Part shown: positions 38,399 through 47,818 of the stretch, piece by piece
Layout: each line of letters begins with the position of its first letter
How positions within the stretch are numbered: the stretch's first letter is position 1
Assembly (NCBI GenBank): GCA_029858305.1
Contig: JAOUFI010000001.1
Span: 179,031-243,030 of the forward strand
Direction: 5' to 3'
Length of the DNA stretch: 64,000 nt
Origin: Candidatus Thorarchaeota archaeon
GTDB lineage: Archaea > Asgardarchaeota > Thorarchaeia > Thorarchaeales > Thorarchaeaceae
Program-made: the position numbers and the translations under genes
Notes under the pieces: model-generated
What the model was told of the DNA's origin: nothing
Seen by the model: only the letters and a program-made list of their open reading frames with translations
The model's database searches: none

Positions 38399-40498
38399 TC
38401 ATTTTATCTTCAAACCTGTGTGATGCGCTCGAAAGATGAATGACTTGGCCCACAAATCAATGGTTTTCTCGATTGGAGATCCAACTCCATGACCCGCTTG
38501 GCTCTCGGTATAAAGAATTAGAGGTCCATCATCTAGCATCTCATCCGTTGTACTCTGAAGCTTTGCAGTCATCTTGAATGCATGCATTGGATCAACTCTG
38601 CTATCGCCCAAGGCTGTGTACAGCAGAGTCGGAGGATATTTTACATCTCTGACATGATGATAGGGACTATAGGGATATATCCATTCAAACTCCTCTTTGA
38701 CTTCTGGGTCCCCGTACTCTGGAGACCAAGTCTTTGCCACCTGAAAACGGGTATATCTAATCATATCGAGCAAAGGTACATGACATGATACAGCTCCAAA
38801 GAGTTCAGGTCTTTGAACCAACGCAGCTCCTACCAAAAGACCTCCGTTGCTTCCACCATAGATTGCGATAGTGTCACGACTGCCAATTCTATTTTCGATG
38901 AGCCATTCGGCGGCTCCAATGAAGTCATCAAAGACGTTTTGTTTGTTCTCACGGTTTCCTGCCCGGTGCCACTTTTGTCCGTACTCCCCACCACCCCTGA
39001 GATGTGCGATTGCTACTATACCCCCTTGTTCAATCCAAGTAACATAGTTTTGAGAGAATACTGGAGTGTTTGATAAACCAAATCCACCATATCCAGTCAG
39101 TGTGACTGGAGTCTTCACTGAAATCTTAGTACTTTTGTTCGATAGGATAAACATTGAAACTTTCGTGCCATCCTTAGACTTGTACCATACCTGTTTTGAT
39201 TGGAAAAGTGTAGGATCTAAATCAAGATTTGGCTTGTAGAAAAGGCTAGACTCACCAGATTTGTAAGAGTAGTACGAAGCTGGATAGAAGTAGCTACCAA
39301 GGTTATAGTAGAATCTGTCTGCTTCAGGAGAGGTAGAAAGTTGATAGAGTGTTACATGGGAGTTGAAACTGACATTGTCTATAAGTTTGCCAGACTCTAA
39401 ATCATGAACTTTCAAAGAACTAGAGGCGTTCTTTTCCTCTATTACAGCAAGTTGGTTATTATGAATAACGAACCTACCGTGGTCAGCAGTAAAAATAACG
39501 CCTTCGGTTTCTTTTACTACTGTTTTACTTTCAGGTATCTTTCTATCTTCAGAGAATCTCGATAAATCGTATCTTAGAATCTGACCGTTTGGAGCACCGT
39601 GTTGCGTTAGTACATATAGATGATTACCATTCACCTCAGATATACTTGAAACCGAATCACTCGTGATTACTGGAACGAATGTCAATGAGCTGGGGTCATC
39701 TGGATTCACGTGAGCAATATGGATATCTGAACTGATGAATCGATAACTACAGATTGTCAATAGTGTGCAATCCTCGTTGATTGAGAGAAGTGGATGTTCA
39801 GTCTTTAATCTCCCTGAGCCAAACACCTTCACGTCATTCTTGTAATCATCGCCAAGCTTGTGATAATAGACGTGGTGATAGTAGTTCTCATCCTCTGGTG
39901 AAACAGTTCCAGGTAATGGGTATCTACTGTAGTAGAAACCTATGTTTTTTACCCAGGCGATTTCACACCATTTAGTTTGCGGTATCTTCTCAGTGAGATT
40001 TTTTTTCTTCTCAACATCTATCACATGTAGAACGCTCATCTCTGTGCCCCCTTCTGATGTTCCGTATGCCACTAAGCTTCCATCGCTGCTTGCACTAAAC
40101 CAATCAATCGAGATGAGCGCATCTTTGGACTCTTTAAGGGGATCAAAGAGTACTGTCTTCTTTCCTTTCTCCCCATCTTGATAGCAAAGGGACGGTTGGT
40201 TTTTTCCGGCTTCCCTGAAGAAATAGAAGAATCTGGGGCCATTCTTCGTTGTTACAACCTTTAAGGTGGCGTCTTGAATGTAATCGTATAGAAACAGGTC
40301 ATGCATTCGTTTCTTGATAATCGCTCCACCAGAATATCCATCAAGGATTTTGGTGGAAAACTTGTTCTGTTCTTCCACCCACTCTAGCACCTCACTTGAA
40401 GACGCATCTTCAAGCCAACGATACGGATCTTCAATCTTGATACCATGTATCTCTTCTACAATTTTCTCTTTCCGGGATACTGGATATTTTTGTCCCAT
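38399..40498 (-). CDS. Prolyl oligopeptidase (S9A)
   Basis: DPYRWLED, GYGGF, RGGGEYG, GGSNGG, DSRVDP, GHG. Confidence 0.95.
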   Translation of the reverse strand: MGQKYPVSRKEKIVEEIHGIKIEDPYRWLEDASSSEVLEWVEEQNKFSTKILDGYSGGAIIKKRMHDLFLYDYIQDATLKVVTTKNGPRFFYFFREAGKNQPSLCYQDGEKGKKTVLFDPLKESKDALISIDWFSASSDGSLVAYGTSEGGTEMSVLHVIDVEKKKNLTEKIPQTKWCEIAWVKNIGFYYSRYPLPGTVSPEDENYYHHVYYHKLGDDYKNDVKVFGSGRLKTEHPLLSINEDCTLLTICSYRFISSDIHIAHVNPDDPSSLTFVPVITSDSVSSISEVNGNHLYVLTQHGAPNGQILRYDLSRFSEDRKIPESKTVVKETEGVIFTADHGRFVIHNNQLAVIEEKNASSSLKVHDLESGKLIDNVSFNSHVTLYQLSTSPEADRFYYNLGSYFYPASYYSYKSGESSLFYKPNLDLDPTLFQSKQVWYKSKDGTKVSMFILSNKSTKISVKTPVTLTGYGGFGLSNTPVFSQNYVTWIEQGGIVAIAHLRGGGEYGQKWHRAGNRENKQNVFDDFIGAAEWLIENRIGSRDTIAIYGGSNGGLLVGAALVQRPELFGAVSCHVPLLDMIRYTRFQVAKTWSPEYGDPEVKEEFEWIYPYSPYHHVRDVKYPPTLLYTALGDSRVDPMHAFKMTAKLQSTTDEMLDDGPLILYTESQAGHGVGSPIEKTIDLWAKSFIFRAHHTGLKIK

Positions 40499-40561
40499 GT
40501 TCTACTCCCTCAAATTACAGAGTCTGTCAATATTCTTGAAAATATGTGCTTTTTGGAAAAA

Positions 40562-40699
40562 TGGTGGGGACGGTGGGATTTGAACCCACGATCGACGAGT
40601 TACGCCAAGACGACGGTCGTTTATTGACCCCGCTCATTTCCGGTGCGAATTGCACCCAGATCTGGAGCCCGTCGCCTTACCGGTCTAGGCCACGTCCCC
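40562..40699 (-). tRNA. tRNA-Trp(CCA) with 61-nt canonical intron (40601..40661)
   Basis: GGGGACG/CGTCCCC acceptor, ACGGG-CTCCAGA-CTCGT after splicing, TTCAAAT, CCA. Confidence 0.92.
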
Positions 40700-41035
40700 G
40701 AGGTCGAAAGGCACCACTGATGTGCAAGTTAAGAAGTTTTCGTCAGTTTTTGCATCTAAGATTATCATAATATTATTGATTCCTTAATACACGGATTTGA
40801 AGCACATACGTATTGGTGTTGCTAAATAAAGTAAACATAAAACAGCTAACAATATTCTGCTAATTTACCAACTTTTTGTAATTTTTCGGTTAATTCTTTG
40901 CAATTATCCGTGTATTTGCATAAGCGAATTGGTTAGGGATTTCCGTATGAGTGATGTACAAATGAAACCCTGTGAACCTAGCTTACCAGAACCATGGATG
41001 TTTTGATTCCAGTCCTTCGGTGTTAGTAATGAAAT

Positions 41036-41086
41036 CATCGTCCCAAGAATGGGACGATGCTGCACTATTTCTCATTTTTTCTCTTT
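41036..41086 (+). terminator. Perfect 10-bp hairpin followed by T-rich tract
   Basis: CATCGTCCCA-AGAA-TGGGACGATG then CTATTTCTCATTTTTTCTCTTT. Confidence 0.5.
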
Positions 41087-41197
41087 AATTATCAAGATTA
41101 AGGTTTACCTACTTTTCTGATCTGTAAGACGGAAAGAGGATAACTCTAAAATGGATTTCAGAGAATTAAATCAGGAATTCGATAGAGGATTCTCTTT

Positions 41198-43219
41198 ATG
41201 ACAAATTCTAACGCCCTTCCAGTGACGGTTTGGTTAACACCTGAAGAATCCGAAATAGGTATTCTTTCGTTTAATCGAGAGGATTTAGTGGTAAAGTTAG
41301 AATCGGGGAGAATCATTCGTGGAAAAGATTCTGCTAGAGTTCTTTTTGAATTGCAAAATATGATTGTTTTTGATGGTGATGGCAAAAGCTCAACAATTTC
41401 AATTGAGGAAAAATACAAAATTCGGTTGGCACCGGATTTGATTATTGAACGCCCGTATGTCAGTCATGGAGGACAATTTATCGAAGACATTTTTCCACCA
41501 TCAACATCAGGATTCTATGGGCGCTTCCAAGCAGGAAAAGGAACAGCTCTATATTTTATTAATAGAATACAGGATAGTAATAGGTTTCTACTCTCGGTAA
41601 CTAATTCTTCTGCTAAGAGAATCTATGAAACTCAATTCATTCAACGGTACGAGGCAGAAGCGCTTTCTTTAGTTGATGACATTAAGATTTTAGAGTGCAT
41701 TTATGCAAAATCAGTGATTGCAAAAGAAAAACCCAGACATGAAATTCTGGGCGTTTTGGATGAACCAGCCCCATCATGGAAAGAGCTATCTAAGATTATT
41801 GGAGAGGTTTCTATCCCGAATCTCCGGTTAGGGAATAGTATGAGAGATACAATATCTCAGCTTGTTCCCGCTTCTTTCCCAAATGAAGTTAGAGAAGAAC
41901 TTATGGCATTCCTTGCATACGTCGTGAAAAGCAAGATTCCAATGGAAGATCCTCTTATTTATTCATTCAAATTTTCTTCAATACCAATAATGGAGAATCT
42001 CTTGAATGGACATCTAATGTATCTAATAGACAGGATAAATTGGCCACCTTATGCAAAACTGATGATATTGGCGGCAAGAGGCCAGCTTGAATCTCCAAAA
42101 AGAGCCATTTCTGATGCAATTATGAATACACCATGGCTCCTTTTTAACCAGAAATGCATGGAGCTTCGTCCAAGCTGGCTAGACATTGCAGTGGATTCAG
42201 TAATAAGCCTGAATAAATCAGGTCATGTTGTACTTGGTTTGCCAACCACAAAAAGTGCTGCTAGAAGATCAAGATCATCCTGGAAGAAAAGGTTTGCTGA
42301 ACTTTCGTATGGACTAAGGATACGAGGGCAGATTGATTCTTCAATACTAGGCTTAATCGAGCTCGTCTATCTGGGTGCAGCCTATCGATGGCCGCATCGG
42401 CATATGAAATTCATTTCACGTTTAGGGGCAATTAGTGATAACTCTCCTCACCTGCAGGTAATGATAATGCCTCCATCAGCAGCCGAACGTGTAAAAAGAG
42501 CTATCCCCAATATGTTATCTGTAGGGTGGTCAAAAAGGACTTCAAACTTTGATTTATTTGATAATCAATCGAAGAAATGGATGGTCCCTATAGGCAGAAT
42601 TACTGATTCCTTGGATGAAAGAAGTTCAATTAAGAAACTAATTAATGAATTTCGTAAAGAAGATATTCCTGATTCATATTTGATTTCAAAAGAAGAAACC
42701 AGGGTAGCAGACTTTATAGCTGAAGGAATTGAATCTTTTTATTTTGAAATTCCTGAATTCCTAAGTAATTTTAAAATAAACAAAAATTCGGCTAGTGCAA
42801 TCATTACAAATCTTGTGAATCGAAAAATATTACAACTGTCATACGATTTGTCTGATCCAAACTTAATTTCGCTAGCAACAATTATTCAAGGAAATAGTGA
42901 TGTTGTAACTTCTCTTGTTTCAGCATTTCTCAAACATACGCCATCATCACATGCAAGATTGAACGAAAAAAGCGATAATGCAGTTATTCTCTCTAGATTT
43001 CCAGAAGAATCAATTTACCTAATTGTATCTCAATTGACACAGCTAGGCCCTGAGAGGGAAGTAAATATTCGTTGTATGAGACCCATAACATTTCAAAGAT
43101 ATACCTCGAATCTCTATCAACGTCTTCTTAGAGAGGATGGAACTTGGGATGATGATGTAAGTGCATTCCTTTCTCAGGCTAGATCCAAGAGAAGAGAGCT
43201 GTCAGAGAGTAAAATGTAG
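41198..43219 (+). CDS. Large hypothetical protein (673 aa), AT-rich
   Basis: Long uninterrupted ORF; no recognised catalytic motif. Confidence 0.8.
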   Translation: MTNSNALPVTVWLTPEESEIGILSFNREDLVVKLESGRIIRGKDSARVLFELQNMIVFDGDGKSSTISIEEKYKIRLAPDLIIERPYVSHGGQFIEDIFPPSTSGFYGRFQAGKGTALYFINRIQDSNRFLLSVTNSSAKRIYETQFIQRYEAEALSLVDDIKILECIYAKSVIAKEKPRHEILGVLDEPAPSWKELSKIIGEVSIPNLRLGNSMRDTISQLVPASFPNEVREELMAFLAYVVKSKIPMEDPLIYSFKFSSIPIMENLLNGHLMYLIDRINWPPYAKLMILAARGQLESPKRAISDAIMNTPWLLFNQKCMELRPSWLDIAVDSVISLNKSGHVVLGLPTTKSAARRSRSSWKKRFAELSYGLRIRGQIDSSILGLIELVYLGAAYRWPHRHMKFISRLGAISDNSPHLQVMIMPPSAAERVKRAIPNMLSVGWSKRTSNFDLFDNQSKKWMVPIGRITDSLDERSSIKKLINEFRKEDIPDSYLISKEETRVADFIAEGIESFYFEIPEFLSNFKINKNSASAIITNLVNRKILQLSYDLSDPNLISLATIIQGNSDVVTSLVSAFLKHTPSSHARLNEKSDNAVILSRFPEESIYLIVSQLTQLGPEREVNIRCMRPITFQRYTSNLYQRLLREDGTWDDDVSAFLSQARSKRRELSESKM

Positions 43220-43229
43220 AAGATGAAAT

Positions 43230-43868
43230 ATGAAAATGAAAAGAAAGGTGTATTATAATCTGGTATTTCTGGTCACTATGGTAATTTTGTCACTAGTATC
43301 AATCACGGGAGAACCTTCTGGAACCTATCAGCCATCTTCAGTTTTGATGTACCAGCTAACTCAGTCTACTGGCACCGAATTTGACATGACTCTAATGCCT
43401 GGTTTTGCAGACCTGATTCCCGGTACTGAACCTGTGAATTTGATACTCGAACTACGAGTGGGAGTAAGTGATCCAGATGGAGTCAGTAAAGTCATTGGAA
43501 GCTACAAGAATAATTCGATTAGTGAATGGACAAATGTAACTATGAGTCTGGATGACAGCACTAGTAATCCTGATGATTACGTTGCTTGGCCTCATAATTA
43601 TACAATGACTGAACCATCCTTTGTTGTCATCTGGGATATCAAGTTCTATGCGAATGATAGTCTAAATAATTGGAATGTTTCAAGTGTACATCAGCTGTCA
43701 ATATGCAGACAGACTTCGACTTCTATAACCACCACATCTATGATAACTTCTACAACCACAACCAACTCTACTACAACCGATTCACTCATAGTTCCATTTG
43801 TAATTGTGGCGATTTCTGTTCTCATCATCATACCAGTATTATATATCATATCTCAACGAAGAATCTAA
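43230..43868 (+). CDS. Surface-anchored protein (signal peptide, Ig-like domain, Thr-rich linker, C-terminal TM)
   Basis: N-terminal hydrophobic signal, VSDPDGV...FYANDSLNNWN, TTTT linker, TM anchor, several NxS/T sites. Confidence 0.8.
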   Translation: MKMKRKVYYNLVFLVTMVILSLVSITGEPSGTYQPSSVLMYQLTQSTGTEFDMTLMPGFADLIPGTEPVNLILELRVGVSDPDGVSKVIGSYKNNSISEWTNVTMSLDDSTSNPDDYVAWPHNYTMTEPSFVVIWDIKFYANDSLNNWNVSSVHQLSICRQTSTSITTTSMITSTTTTNSTTTDSLIVPFVIVAISVLIIIPVLYIISQRRI

Positions 43869-43925
43869 ACGAAGAAAGATGTCAGAGAGTAATGCTTAAA
43901 ACCAAACATAGAAACACAACGACTT

Positions 43926-44044
43926 GATGGCGGCCATAGTCCTGAGGGTCTACCTGAACTCGGCCGAACTCAGAAGTCAAGCCTCAGAACGTCGTGTGGA
44001 AATGTGCATTGCGCGAGCGTGCGACAAGCCCACGAGCTGCCACA
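43926..44044 (+). rRNA. rrf: 5S rRNA (stand-alone)
   Basis: TGGCGGCCATAG...CCGAACTCAGAAGTCAAGCC...GCTGCCA terminal helix; TATA-like CTTAAAA about 25 nt upstream, T-tract downstream. Confidence 0.88.
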
Positions 44045-44115
44045 TTTTCCTTCTCATGACATCTTCTAAAATGACTAGATAGAAGCCATTAAAAGACTAA
44101 CACAAGAAGACGGAT

Positions 44116-45243
44116 TTGATTCACATGCAGCTAGGTGGAACAAACGAATACAGTTGGATTATCAATATAGCATTCTTCGCCTTCATCATGCTATTCAGTC
44201 TTTATGGAGCCAAATTCCAAATGTGGCAGTGGCTGAAACAGATAGAGATGGGCTTGAGCGAGATGAAACGAATGTTTGTGGAGTCGCGACAGACTGCTAT
44301 TGATACATTCAAAGACTATGGAAAGTCAGAGGAAGATATCGCTAAAGATTTGGACAGGTGGATGGACTACTTCACAATAATGCCTGTGGACTTGGACCCT
44401 GCAGGTATACTCAAAAGACTTGATCACTTGCTTGATGAACGAAGGGACCGATTCCAAGAGTTTGTTGCAGACCTAGCCCCAGAATCAAACGTCAGTATAA
44501 ATCAGAATCTGGAGAACACACTTGAAGTCACGCAAGTTCTTGGTTTGATTTACAGGGTCGTCAGGCACTTCTATATTCTTGGAAAGAAGACTGGTAGCCA
44601 AATTATGATTATGCAGATTCAGATGCAGATGCCTGACTTACTCAGACTTGCAAAGGCATACTACGACGCTCTCGGAGCTTTCTCAGAGGGTAAACCCATT
44701 GGTGATGGGATTGGCCCATTGGTCGTCACCAAGTTTGCAAGATCTTACGGAGCCACACCAGAAAGTTACATTCAGGAGATTTCACGTGAAGTAGGATACT
44801 ATGTTGTGGAGTCTGAAGGTCGAACAGTTTACGCACTCAGAGCAACAGGACCAGGTGGAACAGTAGGTAAACCAGGTTTTGGTGTGAAGAAACTTGTCGA
44901 ACAGAACAAGAATAAGATTGCACGAATCATCACCATTGATGCCGCATTGAAGTTCGAGGGTGAAGAACTAGGTAGGGTATCTGAAGGTACAGGCGCAGCA
45001 ATTGGCGATCCAGGACCAGAGAAACATGCTATAGAACAGACCGCAACAGAACATGGTATAGGCATAGAAGCCATTGTGGTAAAAGAAGATGAGGCAGCAG
45101 CTGTGGGTATCATGGACAAGAAGATTCTTGATGCTATTCCTGAGGTGCTGGAACGAATAAAGGAGTCAATCGTAAAGAGAACGAAACCAGGAGATAGTAT
45201 TATTCTAGCTGGAATTGGGAACACGATTGGAATTGGTCTATGA
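44116..45243 (+). CDS. DUF1512 family protein
   Basis: PVDLDPAGI, PIGDGIGPLV, GPGGTVGKPG, IDAALKFEGE, GIGNTIGIG. Confidence 0.85.
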   Translation: MIHMQLGGTNEYSWIINIAFFAFIMLFSLYGAKFQMWQWLKQIEMGLSEMKRMFVESRQTAIDTFKDYGKSEEDIAKDLDRWMDYFTIMPVDLDPAGILKRLDHLLDERRDRFQEFVADLAPESNVSINQNLENTLEVTQVLGLIYRVVRHFYILGKKTGSQIMIMQIQMQMPDLLRLAKAYYDALGAFSEGKPIGDGIGPLVVTKFARSYGATPESYIQEISREVGYYVVESEGRTVYALRATGPGGTVGKPGFGVKKLVEQNKNKIARIITIDAALKFEGEELGRVSEGTGAAIGDPGPEKHAIEQTATEHGIGIEAIVVKEDEAAAVGIMDKKILDAIPEVLERIKESIVKRTKPGDSIILAGIGNTIGIGL

Positions 45244-45253
45244 GGTGAAATGA

Positions 45254-45613
45254 ATGGGAATAGTATCAAAAATACTTGGTCTCGCCTTAGCTGGAATGGG
45301 TTTTGTAGTCCTCTTCTATGGAATGAGTACCACTGATGCCCTGTCGTTCCTTTGGTCATTCATGGGTCTCATCATCATGTCTCTTGGATTCGCCTTAATC
45401 ACTGGAGGGAAACAAGCTGAGAAGAAACCTCCACCTCCAACAGTCACAGAGATTCGCTGTAGTAGCTGTGATTTCAAAGAGATACGTGATTTCAAGAAAG
45501 GCGATTATGTCTTGATGCCTGTTGAGGAAACGTGTCCAAAGTGTCAGAGCTCAATGACTATTGAGGGCGTCTACATTGTAAGGGAAGAACCAGAAGTTAA
45601 ATACAATGTCTAG
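45254..45613 (+). CDS. Membrane protein with C-terminal zinc ribbon
   Basis: Two TM helices, CSSC...RDFKKGDYV...CPKC. Confidence 0.8.
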   Translation: MGIVSKILGLALAGMGFVVLFYGMSTTDALSFLWSFMGLIIMSLGFALITGGKQAEKKPPPPTVTEIRCSSCDFKEIRDFKKGDYVLMPVEETCPKCQSSMTIEGVYIVREEPEVKYNV

Positions 45614-46509
45614 GGTTTCTTCGTCAGAATCACAGGACCCTCTTCAGAGATGAAGATTGTGTGTTCGGCCTGACTAACTGGCCGGCCTTTCTTCTCTATT
45701 TGAAGAGGTAGCCCTCGAATGGCTTTTGCTCGGATGAGTGCTCTAATCTCATCGACAATATCTACTTCCTTATCAGAGGACCCGATCCATCTCGATGCAA
45801 ACGGCAGAGGTCCATATTTTTCTCGAAGGTACACTCTTAGCTTCTCTGTTGTGCCTGAAATTGGTGTATCCAAACCAGTATTAGCAAAAATGTAGACATA
45901 CTCACTATCAACTACAGTGCCAATCCCACTAGTCGCAAATGGTTCAATAGCATAATACTCTCCAACTTCGACCTTGGATGCTCCGCGAACTTTAGTATTT
46001 GGAACTTGTTTTCCTCCGTGAAGTTGATATCGCCTAATAGAATGGCCTGTAAGGTTAGAAATTGGTCGAAGACCATATGCTTTAACGACAGTCTCAATCT
46101 TCGCTCCTACATCTCCTAAAGATGCGCCTGGCTTCATCATAACAAGGGCTTCTTCGAGGGCATCTTCTGTAGCCGCAATGAATCCTTCAAGTGTTCCATC
46201 AATATCAACAGTCAGTGCAGTGTCAGTGATGTAGCCATCTATATGCACACCAATATCTAACTTGACGAGCCCAAATTCTGGTATCTCACTACGGTCACCT
46301 TTGGGGGATGTAGAATGTGCTACGATATGGTTGACTGAAACATTACACGGAAATGCAGGAGTGCCACCATATTCCCGTATCTTCTTTTCCGCAGTTGTAC
46401 AGATTTTTATTATTCTCGCCTTTGGTTCAATCATCTCACTGATTTCTTTGAGAACCCGTGCAGCAATCTCTCCGGAACGGACTGCGGATGGATGAGGATT
46501 GGTGACCAT
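45610..46509 (-). CDS. map: Type II methionine aminopeptidase, copy 2
   Basis: AFPCNVS, KLDIG, DTA, GH...LHGG, AIEPF, QAEHT. Confidence 0.93.
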   Translation of the reverse strand: MVTNPHPSAVRSGEIAARVLKEISEMIEPKARIIKICTTAEKKIREYGGTPAFPCNVSVNHIVAHSTSPKGDRSEIPEFGLVKLDIGVHIDGYITDTALTVDIDGTLEGFIAATEDALEEALVMMKPGASLGDVGAKIETVVKAYGLRPISNLTGHSIRRYQLHGGKQVPNTKVRGASKVEVGEYYAIEPFATSGIGTVVDSEYVYIFANTGLDTPISGTTEKLRVYLREKYGPLPFASRWIGSSDKEVDIVDEIRALIRAKAIRGLPLQIEKKGRPVSQAEHTIFISEEGPVILTKKP

Positions 46510-46564
46510 GATACCACCGTACATAGACGAAATCAACAACCACTCTTAAGCGGTTCCATGCCCG

Positions 46565-47482
46565 CTATAGAATTTCATCGTTCCTTCGTGTCGATACTAT
46601 TGCACTCTCTTCTCCAACAAATATACTATGTTCGAACTGTGAAACCATACCATCCTTGCCCTCAAGCAGGACCGGATATCCATGAATGGCACCAGCTCGT
46701 TGCAGTGTTTTGAGAGCAATATCTACATCTATCTCTCCAACTTTACCAAACAACCAGCGAGAAGCCCATGGTAGAGATTTGAACAACTGGCGAGATGTAT
46801 TACGAACTCTGAGTGCGGAGTGGTCGAGTTTTTTCCTATTCTTAAAATCATTCGAGAAGATATACGCAGTCTGCCCGCTCTTGATTGTCCCATTCCCGTT
46901 TGTGGCAAATGGCTCAATTGCATAAGTTTCACCCGGATTCATTGTGGGAGATATCTTTTGCCCAATATTTGGTACATTCTTCCCCGCATGAAGTATCCAT
47001 TGTTTAAGCTGATGCCCCGACAACTGGTGAACTGGCTTGAGTCCATGTTTCTTTATCGTGCGTTCGATTGCTTCGCCCACCTCTCCCACACGAACGCCTG
47101 GACGGACTGTTTCAATAGCAGATTCCAGGGCATTCTTCGCCGCAGCAATATATGTTTCATGGGATCCATCTAAGTCAATAGTGAGTGCGGTATCAGAAAT
47201 ATAGCCATTAACATGAGCTCCAATGTCCACTTTTACAAGACCCGTATCAGGAAATACCTTTGAATCAGCATGGGGACTTGTGTAATGTGCAGCCTGATTA
47301 TTGATAGATACATTACAGGGGAAAGCAATACCTGTGGCGCCAAACTCAAGTATCTTCTCTTCAGCAAGTCTACATATCTTCAGGATTTTTACTCCAGGTC
47401 GGACTTCGTTCTCCACAAGACTGAGAACCCGTCCTGCGATTTTTCCAGCCTTCAAGAAATCGGGATGGGGTGTTGCAGTCAC
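46565..47482 (-). CDS. map: Type II methionine aminopeptidase, copy 1
   Basis: AFPCNVS, AAHY, KVDIG, DTA, GH...LHAG, AIEPF, QFEHS. Confidence 0.93.
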   Translation of the reverse strand: MTATPHPDFLKAGKIAGRVLSLVENEVRPGVKILKICRLAEEKILEFGATGIAFPCNVSINNQAAHYTSPHADSKVFPDTGLVKVDIGAHVNGYISDTALTIDLDGSHETYIAAAKNALESAIETVRPGVRVGEVGEAIERTIKKHGLKPVHQLSGHQLKQWILHAGKNVPNIGQKISPTMNPGETYAIEPFATNGNGTIKSGQTAYIFSNDFKNRKKLDHSALRVRNTSRQLFKSLPWASRWLFGKVGEIDVDIALKTLQRAGAIHGYPVLLEGKDGMVSQFEHSIFVGEESAIVSTRRNDEIL

Positions 47483-47534
47483 AGTTAATCACTTACACTA
47501 TCAGCAGCGTGATGGCGTATTTAAACTTCAGATT

Positions 47535-47818
47535 AGGAGAAAGGTGTCGGCACCTGTATCCCTACACACTAACTCCCAGCATCACGGCTTCAGAAATGCA
47601 TCTGGCTCCGCTGAGCTGTCTCGGGCGGGGAATGATGATGCCGACCAGCCTGTCAATGTACGAGACCAGGGTGACCCGCAGTTCATCTAAAGGACAATCA
47701 TCCCCATCATGCGAGTCCGTTATGGCTCGTCCTTTCGGTTCTTGACAGGCGATTGTTCAAGAGAATAAGACCTCTTGAACATATAGTTCAGTGTACGAGG
47801 AGTTATTAGCATTCCCAC
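47535..47818 (-). ncRNA. Candidate unclassified structured non-coding RNA
   Basis: No credible ORF; TATA-like CTTTAAC at 47845-47839; at least six 7-10 bp helices, with G-U pairs favouring the minus strand. Confidence 0.55.

Noticed and set aside
43713-43780. ACA/ACT-rich low-complexity DNA
   Set aside because: Explained by Thr/Ser linker of the surface protein
47535-47700. SRP RNA on plus strand (CACCTGTA Alu-like turn; ACCAGG...GCAG)
   Set aside because: Helix 8 GNRA stem and helix 4 cannot be formed; G-U pattern favours the minus strand; not fully excluded without a covariance search
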